Shown here: piece after piece, positions 34,819-40,829 of the stretch | Numbering within the stretch: position 1 is the first letter of the stretch | Layout of the letters: every line of letters begins with the position of its first letter | Assembly: GCA_964637815.1 (NCBI GenBank) | Contig: CAZWYD010000002.1 | Span: forward strand, 1-40,829 | Direction of reading: 5' to 3' | Length of the DNA stretch: 40,829 bases | Source: an uncultured Planctomycetia bacterium | GTDB taxonomy: Bacteria; Omnitrophota; Gorgyraeia; Gorgyraeales; Gorgyraeaceae | The notes under the pieces: model-generated | Told to the model about the DNA's origin: nothing | What the model saw: the letters and a program-made list of their open reading frames with translations, nothing else | Database searches by the model: none | Made by a program: the position numbers and the translations under genes

Positions 34819-35585
34819 ATAATCTTAGTAAAAACCTCTACAATGTCCCCGTCAAATTGCGTGCCCCTGTGCTGTATAAGCTCAGCTATAGCCATATCCT
34901 TTGAAATAGACGTCTTGTAGGAATGCTCTGAAATCATTGAATCATACGCCTCTGCAATAGCTATAATGCGCGCGCCCACATGGATATCATTTCCTTTAAG
35001 GCCTTTTGGATAACCAGCGCCATCTATCCTCTCATGATGCTGGATCACAAGATCCTCAACACCATTCAATTCCTTTATCGAACTCAATGTCTGGTGGCCC
35101 AATACAGGATGTTTCTTTATCAATTCATATTCCCGGGAGCTCAATGGCCCTGATTTCAAAAGTATGCGCTTGTCTATGCCTATATGCCCTATATCATGAA
35201 CAAGGCCTGCTATTTTTGTGCGATTTAGCTCTGGATCATTTAAACCCAGCTTTTTTGCTGTCTGGGCGCATAGCTCCGAGACCTTTTGCACATGTAGGGC
35301 CAGGGATCTTCCTGCAGGGCCGATCGCATTAAATAAGGCCATGGTGATATTGGACAAGAATACGGCTGAAGAATGTCTGCTTGCTGCATCTTCAGGCTCT
35401 GCACTGCTGCAATCCATGGTGACCATAAGTTCCGTCTTGCTAATCCTGTGGTGGCCTCCTGGCGTTCTAAGTGTCCTGAGCTTGCCTGCATAGATGTAGT
35501 TCTTGATAGTAGACAGGCTCAGATTAAAATATTCTGCAGCCTGTTTTGGTGTAAAATAAATGTCTCCTTCGAATTGCTTTTTCAT
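34815..35585 (-). CDS. BldC/excisionase-type HTH fused to an HD-GYP domain (apparently catalytic)
   Basis: N-terminus: FTPKQAAEYFNLSLSTIKNYIYAGKLRTLRTPGGHHRISKTEL (HTH with a TPGGH.R motif). C-terminus: LALHVQKV, HDIGHIGI, KKHP, HHERIDGAGYPKGL and GARIIAIAEAYDSM, which together form a complete HD-GYP signature. GGAG RBS. The stop overlaps the Wzy-TPR start as ATGA. Confidence 0.85.
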   Translation of the reverse strand: MKKQFEGDIYFTPKQAAEYFNLSLSTIKNYIYAGKLRTLRTPGGHHRISKTELMVTMDCSSAEPEDAASRHSSAVFLSNITMALFNAIGPAGRSLALHVQKVSELCAQTAKKLGLNDPELNRTKIAGLVHDIGHIGIDKRILLKSGPLSSREYELIKKHPVLGHQTLSSIKELNGVEDLVIQHHERIDGAGYPKGLKGNDIHVGARIIAIAEAYDSMISEHSYKTSISKDMAIAELIQHRGTQFDGDIVEVFTKII

Positions 35586-35611
35586 TATTTTTCTCCTTTT
35601 TTTAGCCTGTT

Positions 35612-35631
35612 ATTTCCGCGAAAGCGGAAAT
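35612..35631. promoter_or_regulatory. 8-4-8 palindrome upstream of the HTH-HD-GYP gene (candidate operator or RNA hairpin)
   Basis: ATTTCCGC-GAAA-GCGGAAAT lies 27-46 nt upstream of the ATG at 35585, in the only sizeable gap (137 nt) inside the polysaccharide operon. Confidence 0.4.
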
Positions 35632-35722
35632 CTATTGTGTTGCGATTTTAATTGATTTTATGTTTTTTTAAGCACTTTATGTTAAGACTGTCCTTCTAGT
35701 TCTCTGATGCAATAATCAGGAA

Positions 35723-37783
35723 TTAAGCTACGCTGTAATTCTTTCCGTAGTAATACTGCTGGTAGGAATAATCGCTAGTTAGGGATATATTGTTAACTAT
35801 GACGCCTAAAATCTTTGCGTCTACCTTTTCTAAGAGTTCCTTAGATTTTGTCAACAGGTCCTTTGTTGCCCTGCCGCCTTCAGCTATCAGGAGTACCCCC
35901 GTACAGACACTCGAGAGTAATGCCGCGTCTGTCACAAGCGTGACAGGCGGTGTGTCAAATATGATCTTTGAAAATCCAGCTGAGGCCTTTTCTATGAAAA
36001 GTTTCATCTGGTCTGAAGAAATCAATTCGGCAGACCTGCTAATAGAACCTCCAGAAGTAACAATACTTAAATTATCTATGCCAGAAGGCTTGAGAATACT
36101 TTCAAAATCTGCTTCTTTTGATAAAAACTGTGAAAGGCCTATAGCATTATCATCATTAAATACTGTGTGAAGCCTTGGCTTTCTCATATCAGAGTCTACT
36201 AAAAGCACTCTTTCTCCGCTATTAGCTATCATGAGCGCGAGATTCGCCGCAGTAATGGTCTTTCCCTCTTGGGGCACAGAACTCGTTATAACTATAGTCT
36301 TCGCTGAGCCAGAATGATTTAGAGAGAATAACAGGTTTGTCCTTATTGAACGGTAGGCCTCTGAGGCCAATGAAGTAGAATCTTTCTCAACAACACGATC
36401 AATATCACTCTTTTTCTTTATATAATTCCCGTCTAATCTAACCCTAGGTATAGACCCTAATAAAGGCAGCTGAAGCACACTGGCTATCTCACTGGAATCC
36501 TTCAAGCTGATATCCATGTAATCCCTGAAGAACGCAAGGGCAATACCGCCTATCAAACCTACGATTATGGAAAGTGCAATATTTAATTTCTTCCTTGGCC
36601 TTATTGGTTCTCTGGGACGCTCTGCTAGATCCTGTACACGCACATTATTTGCCTGTATCTGGCTTGCAATGGATGTCTCTTTTAATCTATTTAAAACAAT
36701 CTCTAAGATACGGTTGTTTGTTTCAATCTCCCTATTTAAAGCGCCATACTCTATAATATTGCGCTCTAATTCTAAGGCATTTTTCTTTTGATAAACAAAG
36801 GCCTGTTCAAACTTTTTCTCTTCCTCGACAGAACTATTATATTCGTTCCCGATCTCATTCTTTATGCGCGATTTAAAATAATCTATATTCTCTAAGAGTT
36901 TTATCATCATGGGATGTTTATGTTTATAAACCTTTTTGTATTCTACCAAGAGCTCCTCTTGTTTTAGATAATTATCCTTCAAGAGCTGCAGGGACTTATT
37001 ATCTGTTAGGAGTGTTGGCAGATTCTCCATGGTTATATTCCCTTCTCTATCAATAAGACTATTATAGGTAGTCTCTGCGGCTATCCTCCTCTCCTGTGCT
37101 GCCAGATAGCTGGCATTTAACTTAACCAAGCCATCGTTGATCATGGTCTCCTGATTTTTTATAGAGACAATGTCATTCTGCTCCTTATAGGCCTGGAGTT
37201 TCAGCTCTGATTCCCTTACCTTTTTCTTCTGAGTCTCAACCTCTTCCCTCAACCAATCCTGCGCATCCTGCGACATCGTCATCTTTAGCGCAATATTGGA
37301 TTTGACATAGACATCTGCAAATTCGTTTGCTATTGCAGAGGCTATCTTGGGATCATTATCCTCTGCGTGTATATTGATAATCCTTGTGTCACGCAATAAT
37401 TCTACCTTTATCTTTTCAAGAAGGGTCTCTATAGGGTCTTTGGACTCATCAAACTCGTCTCTTTTGGATAGCCTTAGATTTTTTATGACATGATGGGCTG
37501 TGCGTCTACCCCTTATTATCTCCTGCTGTGTTTCTATATAATCCCTGTATGCAAAATAATTGGGCTCGCCAAGCTTGACAACATCCTTTACTGATAAGAT
37601 AGCAGGGCTCTCCACATCCACTATTACTGTGGCCGTAGCCCTGTAGACCTCTTCCTGCATAAAAGACGCCAACGTCACGAGCGTAACGGTGATCAGGAAA
37701 AAGCTTATGAGGATCCACTTCCTGCGACGGATTATATTAAGGTAATCACGCATGTGTATCTCTTTATTGAAATTAATATGCAT
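35723..37783 (-). CDS. wzc: Wzc-type polysaccharide co-polymerase with C-terminal BY-kinase (PCP-2a)
   Basis: Wzz-like N-terminus with 2 TM helices flanking a long coiled-coil periplasmic region. Walker A SSVPQEGKT, Walker A' LLVDSDMRKP, Walker B IIFDTPPV. C-terminal Tyr cluster DYSYQQYYYGKNY. Start set to the ATG at 37783 (AAGGAG 5 nt upstream). Confidence 0.9.
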   Translation of the reverse strand: MHINFNKEIHMRDYLNIIRRRKWILISFFLITVTLVTLASFMQEEVYRATATVIVDVESPAILSVKDVVKLGEPNYFAYRDYIETQQEIIRGRRTAHHVIKNLRLSKRDEFDESKDPIETLLEKIKVELLRDTRIINIHAEDNDPKIASAIANEFADVYVKSNIALKMTMSQDAQDWLREEVETQKKKVRESELKLQAYKEQNDIVSIKNQETMINDGLVKLNASYLAAQERRIAAETTYNSLIDREGNITMENLPTLLTDNKSLQLLKDNYLKQEELLVEYKKVYKHKHPMMIKLLENIDYFKSRIKNEIGNEYNSSVEEEKKFEQAFVYQKKNALELERNIIEYGALNREIETNNRILEIVLNRLKETSIASQIQANNVRVQDLAERPREPIRPRKKLNIALSIIVGLIGGIALAFFRDYMDISLKDSSEIASVLQLPLLGSIPRVRLDGNYIKKKSDIDRVVEKDSTSLASEAYRSIRTNLLFSLNHSGSAKTIVITSSVPQEGKTITAANLALMIANSGERVLLVDSDMRKPRLHTVFNDDNAIGLSQFLSKEADFESILKPSGIDNLSIVTSGGSISRSAELISSDQMKLFIEKASAGFSKIIFDTPPVTLVTDAALLSSVCTGVLLIAEGGRATKDLLTKSKELLEKVDAKILGVIVNNISLTSDYSYQQYYYGKNYSVA

Positions 37784-37793
37784 TTTTTCTCCT

Positions 37794-38360
37794 TTAGAAG
37801 AAACTCTCAGGTACAACAACAATATCGCCTGGCTTTACAGGTATGTCTTTTTCTTTTTCGCCTTTTTTCGTTATATCTGTTATCTTTACGGATATAGTAA
37901 GTTCTTTGCCATTATCCACACGCAGCACCTTGGTTCCATTCTGGGCTGCGCCTTCTTTAAAGCCGCCTGCCATTGCAATTGCCTCCATTACTGTGGTAGG
38001 CCTATCTTTGAAGAGTTCGTATTCGCCAGGCTTATTCACAAAACCCATGACAAATACCTTTTTCTCTGTGTATTTTTCTATAAAGACATTGACCTGAGGA
38101 TCTACAAGATAGTCTTTTTCAAGTAAGGACATTATCTCTTTCTCTATCTCATTTACTGTAAGATCCTTTACATGTACCGTGCCGATCAGAGGAAAGGTGA
38201 TCTCGCCTTTTGAGCTGACACGCGCCTTAGTAGTAAGGTCTGCCTGCTCATACACAGTAATAAGAAGCACATCCCCAGCATCCACCTTGTACTCTTCAGC
38301 ATGAAGCGCGAAAGGATTTAATACTAGAGTTAGTGTTAGTAGAAGGGCTAGATATCTCAA
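37794..38360 (-). CDS. wza: Short OPX (Wza-like) polysaccharide export protein: Poly_export + SLBB only
   Basis: 188 aa. Signal peptide ending LHA-EE. YKVDAGDVLLITVYE...GEITFPLIGTVHVKDLTVNEIEKEI (Poly_export/PES motif). SLBB-like C-terminus (PGDIVVVPESFF). It lacks the long C-terminal OM-spanning helix of E. coli Wza. TTG start. Confidence 0.8.
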   Translation of the reverse strand: MRYLALLLTLTLVLNPFALHAEEYKVDAGDVLLITVYEQADLTTKARVSSKGEITFPLIGTVHVKDLTVNEIEKEIMSLLEKDYLVDPQVNVFIEKYTEKKVFVMGFVNKPGEYELFKDRPTTVMEAIAMAGGFKEGAAQNGTKVLRVDNGKELTISVKITDITKKGEKEKDIPVKPGDIVVVPESFF

Positions 38361-38362
38361 GC

Positions 38363-39535
38363 TTAAAATACCGCCTTTGCAGTAAGTGTGGCTAGGTTCT
38401 GTTCGTAATCAAATCCATCAAAATTAGAATCCCTGTCCACATGTTCGAGCTGCAGAGTAAATGTCAGCCATTTTCGCATATAATACCTGAAACCAGCGCC
38501 CAAAGAAGCATATCTATCTTTTCTCTTCTGCGTCTCTGTCCCTACTGTAGTTTCTCGTGGATAGGAATTGATTTGGTAGATGCCATTTATAAAACCAAGC
38601 AGTTTGGGTGTGAAATAGTGATCATATATCGCAGTAACGTTTTCTACAGTGTAATAATTATTTACGTCGTAGGTCGATTCATGTGCGGTACGAGTAAACG
38701 AGAGCTTTAAGGCATCCTTATCTGAAAAGGTATGTGTCAGATCTGCGTATAACACGGCTGTGTCAAAATCAGTCTGAGCTTCATTGTCATAATCGCGCGT
38801 CTGATAACCTGCCTTTATTGTAGCAGTTGTCTTTGGAGTCAGCTCTCCTATTGCGCCAATAAGAAACTGGTGATAATCCGAATCTGAACGTGTATTCTCA
38901 TCATATCTGATTTGGCCAAAATCATATTCGAAAAGAAGCTTTGTCTTTGAAAATGTCTGGTGGGTAACTATAAAAGAATATATATCTTCGTCTCTGTCAT
39001 AGATATCATAGGCAGGGTTATCCCTGTACTCGCGTATGAAATGTTCATAACCAAGCTGGATACCGAGCCGCTCTTTCTGAAAGGCAGCCTTTATGCCCGT
39101 TGCATTATCAGTTCGTTTTGTCCTTTCAGTATCCTCTGTGGATGGTCTCTCATATAGGCGCTTATAGTCATTGTATACATTAAAGGTAATATCCCGCCAG
39201 TTTACCTCCATGTCTCCAGACAAATAGTGGCTAGTGCTATCCTGGGAACTTTCATTTATATACTGGCTGATCTCTGCATGATAGTCAAGCTTTAGGAGAT
39301 TGTCACTGAATGGCCATTCGACAGATACACCTGGTACAAGAGTAACTATAAAATCATCCTTTTCATCATCAGAATCCAGGTATATATTATCATCATATTG
39401 AAGTCGTATCTCACCCCAAGGGATGATCTCTGCGTCGCCCATCTTTAGTCCTTCTGCAGCATATAATGTGGGGTTAATTACAAGAATGGAAGTCAAAAAG
39501 CACAAACTTACTACAATTTTACACACCTTCTTCAT
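38363..39535 (-). CDS. Outer-membrane beta-barrel protein, first gene of the export module
   Basis: 390 aa. Signal peptide ending LYA-AE. Repeated Y/F-x-aromatic beta-strand pattern. C-terminal TLTAKAVF with terminal Phe. RBS GAGGTGG. Confidence 0.7.
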   Translation of the reverse strand: MKKVCKIVVSLCFLTSILVINPTLYAAEGLKMGDAEIIPWGEIRLQYDDNIYLDSDDEKDDFIVTLVPGVSVEWPFSDNLLKLDYHAEISQYINESSQDSTSHYLSGDMEVNWRDITFNVYNDYKRLYERPSTEDTERTKRTDNATGIKAAFQKERLGIQLGYEHFIREYRDNPAYDIYDRDEDIYSFIVTHQTFSKTKLLFEYDFGQIRYDENTRSDSDYHQFLIGAIGELTPKTTATIKAGYQTRDYDNEAQTDFDTAVLYADLTHTFSDKDALKLSFTRTAHESTYDVNNYYTVENVTAIYDHYFTPKLLGFINGIYQINSYPRETTVGTETQKRKDRYASLGAGFRYYMRKWLTFTLQLEHVDRDSNFDGFDYEQNLATLTAKAVF

Positions 39536-39583
39536 AAACCACCTCTTATTTTGTTACTACGATTTTATATGATATTGTATGAT

Positions 39584-39612
39584 AGTATACCATATGAACC
39601 TTATGCTGTCAA
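39584..39612 (-). promoter_or_regulatory. Sigma70-like promoter of the OMP-wza-wzc export operon
   Basis: The minus strand reads TTGACA-N17-TATACT, about 45 nt upstream of the ATG at 39535. The hexamers are the same as in the 7210-7238 promoter. It sits in a very AT-rich 182-nt gap. Confidence 0.5.
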
Positions 39613-39717
39613 ATACTTTTTTAATATTTTTTAAAACTTATCTTAACATTTCATATATATCATATATATTATTTAGAAAGCATTAAATTATAAAGATTAG
39701 AATACTTTGGTAGGAAA

Positions 39718-40629
39718 TTATACTATCTCAAGGAACACGTTAACTAAGTCAGGATCAAACTGGGAACCTGAACTTTCCTTAATAATTGCTTTTGCCTCTT
39801 TCCCAGAATAGGCCTTTCTGTAAGACCTATTGGATATTAAAGCCTGATACACATCTCCTATTGCAATTATGCGTGCGCCTAAGGGAATATCTTCACCCTT
39901 AAGTCCATCTGGATAACCGCTCCCATTGAAGCTTTCATGGTGATGACGGACTAAAGGCTTTGTTTTTTCTAAAAATTTTATATCACTCACGATCCTCTCT
40001 GCAATCTTTGGATGCTCCTTTATTACCTTGAATTCCTGCTCTGTCAACTTTCCTGATTTTCTTAAGATCTGCTCGCTTACTCCGATCTTTCCAATATCGC
40101 GTAAAAACGCTGCGAGTTCCACAGTCCTTTTTTCCTCTGCAGATAAATTTAGACGCTCAGCTATTTTTAACGAACACTTTGCTGTAAAACCCAGATACGC
40201 ATCATCCCGTGTCTCTCTCATCTCTAATGCCTTTACCAATGCCCTGATAATTACAATGTAGGTCTCGTGAGGATCCTGGTGTATTTTATTGCCATTGGTC
40301 TTGATGAATTCATTTGTGCCATTTGTCAGCTCTTCCATAAATGCCTCTTCGAGCTGAGCAGGCAGATCTTGGCGAAGGATGCGGTGGTGACCGCCTGGGG
40401 TCTTAAAGGATTTTATTTTTCCTTGGTAGATGTAATTCTTAATGGTTTGAACGCCGACCTTCAATAATCTCGCAGCTTCCTTTGTTGTCAGGATGGGTTT
40501 TTTATATAGGCTAAGATTATTGTGATTTTCTTTGTCGTTTTTCACTATTAAGTAAAAAATTAAAATAACTGCATGCAAACCACTAACTCTATGTTTATTA
40601 TATATTTGACTAAACATTTTTGCAAGCAT
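39718..40629 (-). CDS. BldC/excisionase-type HTH fused to a degenerate HD-GYP domain (HD replaced by RD)
   Basis: LTTKEAARLLKVGVQTIKNYIYQGKIKSFKTPGGHHRILRQDL, then AAFLRDIGKIGV (RD where HD is expected), KEHP, HHESFNGSGYPDGL and GARIIAIGDVYQAL. The first ~40 codons (a hydrophobic stretch, no RBS seen) may not be translated, so the start is uncertain. Confidence 0.8.
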   Translation of the reverse strand: MLAKMFSQIYNKHRVSGLHAVILIFYLIVKNDKENHNNLSLYKKPILTTKEAARLLKVGVQTIKNYIYQGKIKSFKTPGGHHRILRQDLPAQLEEAFMEELTNGTNEFIKTNGNKIHQDPHETYIVIIRALVKALEMRETRDDAYLGFTAKCSLKIAERLNLSAEEKRTVELAAFLRDIGKIGVSEQILRKSGKLTEQEFKVIKEHPKIAERIVSDIKFLEKTKPLVRHHHESFNGSGYPDGLKGEDIPLGARIIAIGDVYQALISNRSYRKAYSGKEAKAIIKESSGSQFDPDLVNVFLEIV

Positions 40630-40657
40630 TTTTTAAGAAAAATCGACTGGCAAGGAT

Positions 40658-40686
40658 TTGAATATAGGTTAACCATGTGGTAAACT
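40658..40686 (+). promoter_or_regulatory. Possible sigma70-like promoter for the pilin gene
   Basis: TTGAAT-N17-TAAACT, about 35 nt upstream of the ATG at 40721. Confidence 0.35.
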
Positions 40687-40720
40687 TGTAGTAGAGGAAA
40701 GAAAGGGGGTGATAAAAGTG

Positions 40721-40829
40721 ATGGGATTAAAAACCAGGCACGGTTTCACGCTCGTAGAGATCATGATAGTCGTTGCAATTATATCTTTATTGGCAGCAAT
40801 TGCCATACCGAATTTGCTACGAGCAAGGC
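40721..40829 (+). CDS. Type IV pilin / T2SS pseudopilin-like protein, N-terminal fragment (continues past the window edge)
   Basis: MGLKTRHG|FTLVEIMIVVAIISLLAAIAIPNLLRAR carries a prepilin peptidase site G|F with Glu at +5 and the hydrophobic alpha1-N helix. RBS AAGGGGGT. A GTG at 40718 is an alternative start. Confidence 0.8.
   Translation, partial: MGLKTRHGFTLVEIMIVVAIISLLAAIAIPNLLRAR

Noticed and set aside
35240-35491. 83-aa minus-strand ORF in an alternative frame of the HTH-HD-GYP gene, plus plus-strand ORFs at 35006-35651
   Set aside because: They overlap a frame that carries complete HTH and HD-GYP signatures. There is no independent RBS or motif.
16303-39535. PEP-CTERM/exosortase-type EPS system
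   Set aside because: The PGT, Wzc, short OPX and OMP resemble those loci. However, no exosortase (EpsH-like) gene and no PEP-CTERM-tailed protein is present in the window. The presence of Wzx plus Wzy_C genes fits an ordinary Wzx/Wzy pathway.
1-40829. Defence islands, prophage, transposons, toxin-antitoxin pairs
   Set aside because: I recognised no nuclease, helicase, reverse transcriptase, integrase, transposase, capsid or terminase motifs in any frame of the ORF track. The only repeats are short structural palindromes without terminal-inverted-repeat/transposase organisation.

Overview
The window is AT-rich (GC appears to be in the high 30s percent) and comes from a diderm bacterium. The taxon is unknown. 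The pilin N-terminus and the TPR/Wzy-rich gene content suggest an uncultured PVC/Omnitrophota-like lineage, but that is only a guess. All annotation comes from reading motifs in the supplied translations and the DNA; no database search was possible.

Coding is almost entirely on the minus strand. Only comM and a terminal pilin fragment are on the plus strand.

Layout:
- 1-9.0 kb, housekeeping and envelope genes: a MiaB-like fragment, a TPR/GT-C membrane protein, rsmE, tRNA-Leu(CAA), accA, a LysM-L,D-transpeptidase, a DUF212/PAP2-like protein, two paralogous beta-barrel OMPs, and comM.
- 9.4-16.3 kb: an orphan giant CHASE3-like/HAMP histidine kinase and a small envelope module. The module holds a small radical-SAM/SPASM-like enzyme, a secreted internally duplicated protein, an HExxH protein, a HAMP protein and a SurA-like lipoprotein.
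- 16.3-39.5 kb: a tightly packed, single-strand Wzx/Wzy-type polysaccharide locus. It contains a beta-barrel OMP, short OPX/Wza, Wzc BY-kinase, two Wzy_C proteins, Wzx, a methyltransferase, a CapK-like ligase, a radical SAM, a 104-aa orphan, a dual GT4, a heparinase II/III-like protein, WecB, a GT26-glycoside hydrolase fusion, and the initiating phosphoglycosyl transferase.

Best candidates for something undescribed:
1. Two paralogous BldC/excisionase-type HTH-HD-GYP fusion proteins bracket the export module. One has an intact metal-binding HD and one has a degenerate HD, which suggests a c-di-GMP-to-transcription switch built into the operon.
2. A methyltransferase / CapK-like ligase / AmmeMemoRadiSam-type radical SAM / 104-aa orphan cassette sits inside the glycan operon, without the usual AMMECR1/Memo partners.
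3. A GT26-TM-clan GH-A hydrolase fusion.
4. Several families of GC-rich palindromic elements with compensatory changes or nested self-complementarity.

I saw no CRISPR, transposase, integrase, prophage or recognisable defence genes.
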